Part shown: piece after piece, positions 49,828 to 61,191 of the stretch
Layout of the letters: every line of letters begins with the position of its first letter
Position numbering within the stretch: position 1 is the stretch's first letter
Assembly (NCBI GenBank): GCA_973851085.1
Contig: OZ316776.1
Location: 15,562,001 to 15,626,000, forward strand
Source of the DNA: Ptychomitrium polyphyllum
Taxonomy: Eukaryota
Direction: 5' to 3'
DNA: 64,000 nt
Position numbers and translations under genes: made by a program
The notes under the pieces: model-generated
The model's input: the letters and a program-made list of their open reading frames with translations, nothing else
Database searches by the model: none
What the model was told of the DNA's origin: nothing

Positions 49828-52800
49828 AAAGATTGCATTATTAAAGTATTATTTAACATTAGAAGTTTTGTAGAATTATGCCTTTTAGAAAATCCAAACC
49901 ACACTGTAACAAATATTAACAAATATTGAAAGGTATTGCACAAATATTGAGGCTTAATCTTTTAATGTAAAAGATGTATATAATACCTGGTGTATAGAAT
50001 CAAATTGAGATGATTCTATTATATATTATTCAAAATTAAATTATCCAAGGTAAAAAAATATGGAGTTTATATGAGATTTTTTTGAGAATAATATTTTGCA
50101 CATTTTGTATTTTAAAATTTTACACATTAGAACCTCATAGCTTGAATCTCAATTCTTCAAATATTTTCCATGATTGCAATTCTAAAATGATCAAATGAAT
50201 ATACAATGGTTAGTTGAGTGCTAGAGGGTTACATTCAAAAGTAACAAGGTTTTCTTGAAATGCACAATTTTTAAAATGAACTATTTGAGAGAATCCATTA
50301 TAATGTATTATTTGGAGTAATATTTTGGAATTAATACATACATAGAAGTTGTATTATTTAATTTTATGTTCCATTCACCTATGTTACAATCAATAAATTA
50401 TCACAAACTTTGAATTTTTTAAATCAATTATTTTCTTTATTTGATAATTAATTGAAAAATCAAATTTTTGAGTAAAGTTCGTTAGAATTGATTTGAATAA
50501 AATTATTTGTAATTTAATTTGAATAAAAATATGTTTGAAATTTTTGTAGTGCTCAAATTTATAGCACTAGTCTAAAGTCAATGTAAGGTTGGCTTGGTTA
50601 GAATTTCACATATTTTTACAATTATAATTTTAGTATAGTATGAAAGCCCTAATCCAATCATTGAAAAGGACACAAGTTTAATATATTATTTCTAGGAAAT
50701 GTTTTGAGATGAAGAGTGCATAAGGAAAGAGATTTGGAAGGTGAAAAATTGGTACTGAACTCAAAACAGGTGCGTAGATTCATTTTATGGTTCTTAATTG
50801 AATCTTGGCTCAAAAGTAGTTGACACTATCAATGAACAATGACTATTATTCAAGTTGTTATTGCCAAATTACGTAAGTAGCATGTCATTTATTTGCTGCA
50901 CTCAACCATGATCTATTCATCTAGACCTGCTTATGGATCCAAGCTTGCCCAGCCTGTAGAATGTGCCTTCATCTTTGATATCATCATTTGATTATGGCAT
51001 AGTAGAAAGGAGGCCATTCTAAAAGCCCATTACTACCTACTGTGCTCCAAAATAATGTCATATAAATTTTGATGTTTTATTTGAAATATAATATTAAGTT
51101 ATTTTTCAGATGTCTTTCAAGAATACAGAAAATTAACTACTGCGTTAGAGTATGATGGATTTCATTCACCATAGCATTCTTTAGTTGGATGACCATGAAC
51201 CATTATGAAGATTATTAGAATGATATTTCACTTTTTTTATCAAGTGTTAAACTTTGTTAACCATTATTTAGAATTGGGATATTAAGCCAAGATATTCTAT
51301 CATAGGAGTAAAGTAAAGTGATTTCATTAGAGAATGTAATAGCATGTCACATTTTATTTGGTATATGGAAAATTGAATATAGAAAAAATAAATGCATGTG
51401 GTAGAAAAGCTTGATGACTCAAATCATCCATGATTTCTCATAAAAAATTTATACTTTGGAAGAAGATGCCAGAGAGGTTGTTGAGAAATATTGTTGAAAA
51501 ATAGTAATCTTTGTATATAATAAAAAAAATTGTCTTCAATACATTATGACATTATAGAAACAATATAAATTTTTTATCTTTGATTTAATCCAAAGTTCAA
51601 GAAACTCTTATGGTTACACTTCAAGAACAATTCTTCAATTGTTGAAATATACCACACTGCAACTTGATTATCCTTGTTTCCAACATTGTTCTTATATAAT
51701 CCAATTAAAAAATTCATAAAGACTTTTTGTTTTTGTTTAATTCTAAAATATTTAATTTTAAACGGTAGTTTAATTCAATTTTTTTCAAAGAGAATTCAAG
51801 CTTTCATTTTCTTTCTAGATTTTATCAAAGGTTTTCATCTCCTAAGCTCATAGAAGACACTTTGTGTTTGTCAAGAATCTTCAATCAACTTTTGTGCTAA
51901 ATAAATGTTTTTAATTTTTTTTTTAAATGAATAAAAAAAAATTAAAGCACGCTATGTTAAAATTATAGAGATTCAATAATAATTTCTAGATTGTAATTAG
52001 AGAAGAAAATAAACAAGGTTGAATGAAGAAGAGTGCACTATTTGTTAATCCACTTGTTATTAATTGATGATAGTTATTGCAAAATAATTTCTATGTATAT
52101 TTCAATATACCTACAATGCCTTTCATAAATCATTCATGCATCCACTTTATACACAGTGTTATAGAAATTAATTTGTTTTTAAAGTCTTGACTTTTTGAGA
52201 GTAAAATCTTAATAACAATTCAAGTTATTTGATCATTATTATCATAGCATTGATAAGGTGAATTCTTTCAAGTTTTTTAATTTGAAATTGAAGCAAAACC
52301 TTTTTAATTTATTAAATAGTATGATTTTAAGATTCTTTAGTATGTGAAAGAAATTTAAGATCAATATAATATATAATTTATTCTTGTGATGTTTATGATA
52401 GTAGTATTTAGAAGCTTCAAGATATTGTCTTAATTTTGTTTACTATGAATTCACATATATCTTATAAAACCTCCAATGATTTGAATAATTTTTTCCTTTT
52501 TGTTTTTGTATATGACTAAAAGTAATAAAAAAGAATTTTGACCCATTTTGGAAGATTGACAAAAGAAAGTGTTTTTGCCTTCATTACCTTTTTTCTCTAT
52601 TTAGAAGACATAAGACAAAATTGTAAGAGTATTGCGTTTAAAAATATATATAGATTAAAAGAAATGGACGATTTCTTGTATGTCATCAACTTCATTGTCA
52701 CAATCACATTTCTTTTTACTTCTTAAATTGAGATGGTTGTAGTATTCATCAAATTGTCTGTATTTAAATTATTTAGTAACCACATGTTCAACTAAAATTG

Positions 52801-54537
52801 AAAGATGAAAAATGAAGAATTTAAATGAAGGTTAGAAAGGAAGGTAAATTATGGCTATGCATTCTACAAATTGGATGATGGTGAAGTTGTATCAATTATA
52901 ATTTATTTGATAAATGAAGTAACATTCAATAAGAATCTAAATTTTATGAAAAATTAACTATAATATATTATTTATGAATTAACTAGAATATTCATTTGTT
53001 TGTGCCTTATGACTACACAATATTTAAAATGAAGAAGCTTTTCATTTTTTTGTCATTCATAATATGAAGCTGATTTAAATTTTTTTAATTGACAATCACG
53101 GCTTTAGTTGTTGTACTAGTGTTATTTTGATTAATGTATACTGCTAAGGTTTGTTTCTTTTTTCTTCCAGTATTTGACAAATAACTTTTAGTATTAAAAA
53201 TTTACCAAATCATCATTTTATAACCAATGTAAATTTTCTAAAAAGCCAAATCATGTACTAATAGATTTTCAATTAATTCCTAATAATATTTATTTTATTA
53301 TTATTATTACTAATATGTTTTAATGTAAATTTGACGTGTCTTAAAATATCAGGATATAGTTTAAGGAAAAATCATATTTTAAATCAGACATAATTCGAAC
53401 TTGGACTTTAATTATGAATTGAAAATTATCAAAGTTCTTTTCAATATGATTCAGTTCAACATAATTTATAATATTAGACTATGAATACTATTATGTTTTG
53501 AATTATAACTTATATAATTTCAAAAAATTGAAATATGTTATTATAAGCAACTTAAAAGAATTATACGTCAGAGAAAATTTTAATTGCAATGATATTTAAA
53601 TTTAAACTATTTCAAATGTTTTAAGGAAATTTCAAAATTTATAATTAAAATTTATAATATAGGAAATTGAAATATATGCAAGGACATCATCAAAAAATGC
53701 ATCCATGTCTATTTTTATCAACTTATATTTTCTATTTTTATTTATTAACTTCATCTTTGCCTAAGTTTATACATTTAAAGCAATTGCAATAATAAGTTGA
53801 AATACCCTCTTAATATTAACACCTTATGAACAATTTTTAATTCCATGTGTTTCATGTAAATGTTATGGTTAAAGGTGAAGGTAATGTCTTCTTTAAAACT
53901 TTCAACATCTAGCTTCATCAATATAGAAAAAAAAAAAAAAAGGGAAAGAAGAATGTAGTGTGAAAGATGTTTTGAATCTTATAAGCTAAAGTTATTACCT
54001 TCTATTTGTTTAATATTTTAATTAAAACTTTAAAGTATTACATATTTAATTATTTAAAATTCTTGAGCATGTTGTAAAAGGACAAGATATTATTAACAAT
54101 CTATATTAGTGTGAGAATAAATATATATGATTATAAATTGAAACTAAGTAAAATGAAACTAAATTTTTTTTATAAGATCTTCTTCTTTTCTATCCCAAGG
54201 TTGTTTCATATATATGATTAATTTTTTTTTGCCACTTGATCTTTCATAATTTATTATATAGAAGAAATAATAAAGTTTTTCAAAAGTTAAAGCCAAAATT
54301 AAATTTTGTGTTGGTGCATTTATAAAAAGACGTTTTATGCCAATAAAATTATGGTTTTGAATTTACATATTGCAACTATTAATCAAATGACAATAATGCT
54401 CAAAATTCAAAGCTATTATTCCATTGCAATGGAAACATGTTTTTATAAATTTGGTGATTTTAAAATTCACCAAAAAAAGTCCACAATTTTTTATAGTCAA
54501 ATTGTTTGTGTTTTTTACATATACAAAAAAAAAAATA

Positions 54538-54545
<8 letters not shown>

Positions 54546-54592
<47 letters not shown>
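54546..54592. repeat. (TA)n microsatellite preceded by poly-A tracts
   Basis: A perfect TA run is directly visible. Confidence 0.95.
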
Positions 54593-54593
<1 letters not shown>

Positions 54594-55283
54594 TAGGCTT
54601 TTCTTTATGGTAGATTGAGACTCTTATTGTCTTTTTTATACTTTTTAATCCTAATTTAAGTGTCTATTCCAATCAAATGCCTTAATTTTGATTTATTAAA
54701 CCTCATTTAATCCAAAGCTCCATAATTCCTATTTACCAAACATCAAGCCTTCAAACTTGTACTTTTGTACCAAACTTCACAAAAAGTACAATTTTCAAAT
54801 CTTGTACCAAAAACATTCTTTAAGTACGCCAAATAATGAAAAGTATATGATACAAATTTTGATTATTTAATATTTTAAGTGGATGTTGTAAACTTATGCA
54901 TACACTGCATTTCAAACACCTTTCAAGTAGAGTCCAACAAATTAAACTTTTTTATGACACCCTTATGCTTCCAAATTCCTTATGAAAATAGATGAAGTGG
55001 ATAATAACATTTTTCTTTCTAGCATGGGATTCGCTATTATTTTTTTCATTTTTTGTAATATTTGCTTATATATTCTCTAATTTTCATATTTATGTCATCG
55101 AAAATGTTTTTGTTCAAGGTATCTGCCACTTCTTGATGGAAACTCGTACATGTGGATGAGAAACTAAATAGATAAATATAGATTATATGTATTTTATGTC
55201 GCCACTCTAGCTGCAATGAAAAACCATTTGTCGCTCTGGCTACTGCTCACAAATGAAAAATAAAGCAAAACCAACCCTGGTGA

Positions 55284-55490
55284 ATGACGTCATACCGATT
55301 AATCGTTTACCGCCACGTGGCATCTGACGCCATATGGCACTTGGCAGCCCTTTCGTCCCGCTCCGTGGCCGGTCTCCGCAGCATGAGTTCACAGCAGCCT
55401 CCTTTATCGAAATTGCAATCCATGCCATTGCAGTGACAATCCACCCTCCTCCACTGCCATTCCCTTTTCACGTCCATCAAACTCACGTCA
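55284..55490 (+). promoter_or_regulatory. Cluster of ACGT-core bZIP-type elements upstream of the tocopherol-cyclase-like gene
   Basis: ATGACGTCAT (55284-55293), GCCACGTGGC G-box (55312-55321), TGACG (55325), CACGTC (55469) and TCACGTCA (55483), all at the AT-rich/GC-rich boundary. Confidence 0.6.
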
Positions 55491-55595
55491 CTCCCTCGAC
55501 TGGAACAATCGGCTCATTAATCGACTCCTCGCATCTCCCCATTTCACTTCAACTTGGCAAGACGAGCACCTTAATATCAAGTTCCTAGTTTTCAA

Positions 55596-55730
55596 TTCTA
55601 GGCGCCATGCGGTTCAAGTTGCCAGGTTCTGAAGTTTCGGTTGTAGGTGCCATTTGGTTCTAGATGCCAAGTTTCTAGTTCTCAGTTGTAGGTGCCATTC
55701 GGTTCTAGGTGCCAAGCTTCTAGCCCTCAG
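55596..55730. repeat. Three degenerate 45-bp tandem repeats in the presumed 5' UTR
   Basis: Units at 55596, 55641 and 55686, consensus approximately TTGTAGGTGCCATTCGGTTCTAGGTGCCAAGTTTCTAGTTCTCAG. Confidence 0.8.
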
Positions 55731-55856
55731 TTCTAGTTTTCAATACTAGTCGATTCTAGTTGCCGTTGACAGTTAGAGAACAGTGGCTTATTGCAGTGAC
55801 TGCAGTGACTGCAGTGCAGTCACTGTTGAATCTGGGTTGCTTGATTCAGAGTCGTC

Positions 55857-58410
55857 ATGATATTCTGTGGAAATGCACACCCTCAAGCTTCCATTCTAGT
55901 CTCGCACGGAGTTTCGGATCAGCCCTGTTGCTTCCATGCCTCTCACGCAAATGATGGCCTTCGAATGCGTCGCCCACCTGGGAGTCATGCAGTGTCGCTG
56001 AAGCGAGAGCACAGGACGCCGTCGTTCCTTGAACGCAGCTTGAACCCCTCTCGATCATGGCGCGTTAGGGCGGATTCAGGTGGGGTTGCAGTGACTGAAT
56101 CCATAAGTGATACGAGGAAGGAGGTTTTTGAAGCTGCAGCTGAGAAGATCCTTAGAGAGGATGTGTTAAAGCAGAATGGACGTTCAGGGTTGAGTGAGGA
56201 GGGGGCGAGTGGCGCCATTAAGGAGGTGGAGGAGATTCAGAAGAAGGACAAGAAGAAGTCGAAGGAGCGGGAGATTGATTGGGAGAATGTACCCACGATG
56301 CCGGACCAGCTTGGCCTCGCGCAGCAGCATCCGTTGGACCCTCACAAGCCCAACTTCAGCGAGGTGTTGCCGGAGCTGTTGAGGCCATACCCATCGTTCG
56401 AGGGGTGGTTCGTGCGGATATGGGATCCGAAGGAGAGTTTCAGCGGGGCCGTGATCTTGGCCACGAACTACGCCACCGATGAGAGCCAGGTTACCCTTTT
56501 GTTTGCGCCTGGGAAGCGCGTGGAACGCGAAGGGGGCAGAGACAGTGTGAAGTATGGCTACACTTATGCTGTGGAGGCCAAGACCAAGGTCTTCCTCTTC
56601 TTCATCGCTCTTGATTGCTGGCAGAAGTTCATGTTTGAGATTACGTCATAACTACCATTTTGTGGAGTTTGTTTTCAAGCTTTGTTATGACTGTCTCTAT
56701 GATTTCTATCCTTATTCTAGGGTTTAGGGTTTGCGAATCTTGTCAGTGCGAATATTGTGTTCCGTTAGGCTTTTGACATTGCCGATCACTCTCCTGTTTT
56801 CAAATTTTATCTCCAACAGCTTCGTTGTGAAATAGTTAGGGATTGGTCTTGTTCAACTTTCCTTGAAGTAGAATTGAATTTCAAATTGCGCAGAACAAGT
56901 TTCTATGATGAGGTTGCGTTTATGTTGCATGCTTACTCCACTTGGGACGGAATCAGCCTAATAATTTGTCTGATATGTTTTAGAAAAGATGTTGACGTTA
57001 TTATGATGCTTGAGCAGGATGCCAAGTTCACGAAGAAAGAAAACGACCAGGAGTGGGGAGACAATCGGGGAGTAGAGCCCGAAGGGTTCGAATGGGAGGC
57101 TAATGGTATAGGGCGCATTATTGTCACGCCTCACGTTACTGATCTTGATTTTACCGTTAAAGGCTACCACTTCAAAGCCCACTTGACCAAAGGGGTACGT
57201 GTCATTTGCAAGCATGCACTACAATAGTGACTGTCATAAATCTGATTTTTTCCCAGTTAAAAGTAGAATTTCTTGCGTATTTGTTGTATGTTCTCCTTGG
57301 TTCAATGATTTTGCAATATTGGACCTGACCTATGATATGTTATCTAATATTCCACTTTTTCTTCTGTTGCAGCTGCTGTGGGATGCTCATCAGTCTGAGA
57401 AGGGTCCGGAAGGCTGGGCACGATTTGTGTCCATATTTCCCACACACTGGTATGTGTACAGTCTGGGGTCGACTGCGGAGTATTCTTTCTCTAGTGCGGA
57501 GAAGGAGATTCATAGCGAAGGCTCTGCGTTCGGGCATGTAGAAAAGAATTGGGGTCAAACTTTTCCTGCTGGCCATGTTTGGACGCAAGCATTTTCTGTT
57601 GACAATACCTCACAGGTAATGATTCTGCAACACTTCAGTAAATTCTGCTCAACTCTTTTATTTCAAACTACGAAGGGTTTAGGGTATTCTCTTTCATTTC
57701 AAAATACTAAATAAGCGCATTTTTGGTTCTCCTTTGCAGTCATTTATTGTGAGATTGGATATTATTGCAGGTTTGTTGCTCAGGGGCCTACTTCAAATCT
57801 CCTAACGAAGAATTGAGTTCACCCTATCTTTTTGTGCTGGGCTACCGGTCTCCAAAGCTACAGTTAGATTTTCGCACGAACGATTTGGGAATTGTGTTTA
57901 AGGATATAAATCTGGCAGCTCGTGAAAGTCAGTTCTCCGTCACAGCTGTCGGGCCCTCTCATACTGTTGAAGTAAGCTGCCAGTTCCTCTTACTCTTCTG
58001 AGTATAATAACTCGCTCAATTGTAGGCTTTATTGTAGAATGATCTTGCTCTTTCTCTTATTTACCTTATGTATCTGATTGTAGATATACTGTTATATCAC
58101 CTCTCATCGAAAAGGCATTTGCATTCTGATGTGCATTGTTTGATGCTATTTGGATGTGCAGGTGAAGGCCTATGCTCCTTTTGATACATTTTCAGAATCT
58201 GTGTTGGCACCAGTAAGTAAAACGGACTGGAAACCAGCATGTCGAGAATCGTATGTGGCTACGGCAGAGATCAAAGTTTATGAGCATGTAGCATGGGGAA
58301 TTCCTGGAACTGATAATCTCGTGGAGACTCAGAAGTTTGAATTCGCAGCACTTGAATTTGGCGAAGATTTGCTCACTGAGGGTACTGAAAGTGAGGAAAA
58401 CCAAAATTGA
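55857..58410 (+). CDS. Divergent tocopherol-cyclase (VTE1)-family protein with a probable plastid transit peptide, 5 exons
   Basis: Exons 55857-56588, 57018-57194, 57373-57615, 57771-57971, 58162-58410 splice in frame. Motifs FEGWFVRI, GPEGW, PTHWYV, HVEKNWGQTFP..HVWTQ, CRESY and AALEFG parallel VTE1's FEGWY, EKNWG..FP..W.W.Q, CRDT and AAVE.G. The N-terminus is S/R-rich and contains VRA. Confidence 0.78.
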
Positions 58411-58443
58411 TAAGCTTAGGAAATTCTTTGAGCTTTGTTTAAG

Positions 58444-58574
58444 AATCTCTGAACATGAATCTTTGAATTGTGTACTAGATCGCGAGTGTACTAGATCGCA
58501 TGTTCTAAATCTATCAGTAAGGGAATTGGTCATATCCTCTCCTTAAACAATTCAAAGATTCATGTTCAGAGATT
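58444..58574. repeat. Perfect 28-bp inverted repeat with a 75-nt loop, in the presumed 3' UTR
   Basis: AATCTCTGAACATGAATCTTTGAATTGT (58444-58471) and its exact reverse complement (58547-58574). Confidence 0.92.
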
Positions 58575-59789
58575 TCTGAAAATTTTAAACATTATTCTAA
58601 CCATCTTGTCACAGTCTGTGTAGAATGCATCATCTATGAATGGTTGTAATAAGCTCATATCTTAATAAGCATAGTTAATTACAATCGCTAATACAGGGAG
58701 TGCGTTGTCTGTTCAAAGGCAATCACAGTGTACTGAACCGATTTGTAGCTGGAAATCAGAAGATTCAGAACACTCACAACCATGACAGTTTCTTCTATTT
58801 CTATCCACAGCTATGCGAACGACGTAAGAAGCCACCTTCACCTATTTCATTATCTCCTTAGCAACTATCTCATAGTCAAAAAGTATTACTCTAGATAAGA
58901 AATTGTAATCTAATTTATTATTTCAAGATATTTCAAGATATCATTAGGCAAGGCCATTGTTATATGCGGACGGCTCAATCACTCTTGGCCGTGTTTGTTT
59001 TCCAGGTTCTAACCTCCTGGCTTCTAATATCTGAAGTTTTTGATTCTGTATCTGTATTTGCATGGGTAGAATCCGAGGACAATAGTGTTAATTTCATTGT
59101 ATGCCAGTGCATTGCACTTCTCTTGACAAACTCTTGCTCCCTGTAGAGTGTGGTTGCATCCATTCTCACGGAAGCTGTAACCTGGAATACGGTATTTTAT
59201 CAAACGATTTAAATTGAAGTTGACATGAGTTGTGTAAACACTTTCTCGAACCTGGTACAGTATTCACTGCCTCCCGAAATTCTCACCTGGATGGAAATTT
59301 GAGTTCTCATCGGCACTTCTTGTCAACTTAATTACATTTGCTCCAGTGAGAGAGCCCTGAACTCTGTTTCTCCCATCTCAAGGGGTGTTGCTCTGCTGTA
59401 CAGGACAGTATAATGTACGAGACTCCGTCGGTTACAAATCTGCTGACAGTTTTCTCGTGAGGAAAGACATTTCACGGTAGAAAGGTAAGAGGTTCTTCGT
59501 TCGCTTCAGTGGTTCTGGAAATGCTTTTCAACCTAGTCCGAGGAAAGACGGAGGTAGACAAAATACACCATCGATCATAAAAGGAAAGAGAAAATTGTAT
59601 GACAGAAGAGAAAAGGTCAAAGTGAGGAGAGTGAAGGGCAAAGAGTTTCTTCAGGAGTGCGTGGCAAGTGCAAGGTAAAGCGATCATTGTTTTCGAATGC
59701 ACTCTGCCCGTCTCCTCCACACTCCCGCCCCCCACCTCATGGCGTACCTGGGAGGGGCGACACGGCAGATTGTGCTGACGGTGGGGACA

Positions 59790-60690
59790 TGGCAGGATTC
59801 AGGTGCACGGATGGGAGTTGCCCAGTGTCACTTATGGGAGCAGGTACGACGGAGATGATGCTGCGGACTCCTTGTTCAGGAAATTGTGCAAGCTGATAAT
59901 TTTGAAACTCCACCACACCACAATAACAGACGATTGCCATGGAAATTTTGCACATTCTATGAACATATTTAAGATCATACAGGAATTTTACATACAAAGA
60001 TGTAGAGAATTCAGTTTCAGGCCCATGTAGCCGACTGGATACCATATCAAAAGAAAAGTGCTCAGTTCAAAATGCTCCTCACATTCTGGTACACCTACTA
60101 CATACTGCACACAATACTCTCCTCTATATGGAGGTCTCAAGCATTTGCCATAACCTAAGACACAGTTCCTGAAGGTCATTCCCTGGTAGTCGCTTGTGTC
60201 GATGCACAAGAAGTAGCTCTTCCTGCCAAATGTTCAAAGCTATAGATGCTTGTGCTGATACCGATGGACAGGATGAGACACAGGAGTGCGGCAGTAATGT
60301 TTGCAGTCGCCGGAGTGTGATGAAGCACCTCCGCAGCAGAGGCTTACGATGCCGCTCTTTACAAGCCGCGGTGAGATCATGCTGGCAGCTTTCCTGGATG
60401 CGACTACGGGTACAACGACGTTGTGTTTGCATGGTTGAATGGGCTTCAGGCGAGGTTCATCGTCGACATTGACTTCCAGGGCCAAATTGAGATTGCAATG
60501 CCTACCTCTCAGTACAAGCATGCGTATCAAGCCTGTCCTGCTGTGTACATTGGCATAACAAATCGGCTCCTGCAGATCATCAATGTGATGTCAGAAGCGG
60601 TCAAGCGTTCTATGATGAAGACAGGGATATTCCTTCCGCCATGGAGAAAGCTAGAGTATGTGAAAGCCAAGTGATTTTCTTCATGCAAGA
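59790..60690 (+). pseudogene. DUF506-family (plant PDDEXK-like) pseudogene
   Basis: RRSVMKHLRSRG/YDAALYKPR*DHAGSFPG.DY.Y.DV..RFIVDIDFQGQIEIAMPT..LPPWRKLEYVKAK* shows the DUF506 motifs. Lesions: a +1 frameshift near 60343, TGA at conserved Trp positions (60372-60374, 60672-60674) and further damage near 60210-60235. The 5' end is uncertain. Confidence 0.85.
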
Positions 60691-61191
60691 GGACCGATGA
60701 ATGCAATGTAGGTAGGTACATTTGAAAAGGAATGATTGTATGCAATATATATAATTCCACTTTATGACCAACTTTAGTTGGATGACAGGAAGGGGCCTTT
60801 CCAGTAAAATGACGACACAATTCCACTGTTAACGGAATGTAGACGATGATGTTGCCAAGAGATATCACTTAGCTTCACTTGAATGAGGTCTAACAGAAGT
60901 ATGTTCTAAATTGCAGTACCTCAAGATATTTCCACTGCATTCCTGCTATCGCTCATGCACAGTAGAATCAGTGAAAAGACCTTGTAACAACGGAACTGCT
61001 GTCAAAACCAGCAAGTAATAGTCTAAAAATCAATAATAACAAAGTGCTTAAAAATGAGGACAACAAAGACTGTCATGTACAGTAAAGAAACATACGATTC
61101 TCATTTTGCAAATCCCACGAAATGGATTACCGCATACAGAACTCTCAGTTCCAAGCGCACATAAAATGGAAGGGGAGAATAATAAAAACAT

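Noticed and set aside
54306..54618. ORFs ending in IYIYIY
   Set aside because: Artefact of the (TA)n microsatellite.
49900..55100. Coding-like patches near 50700-51500
   Set aside because: Too decayed to assign, with no sustained ORF or motif.
56719..56732. TAGGGTTTAGGGTT telomere-like motif
   Set aside because: Only two units in an intron. This is a common telo-box, not an interstitial telomere.
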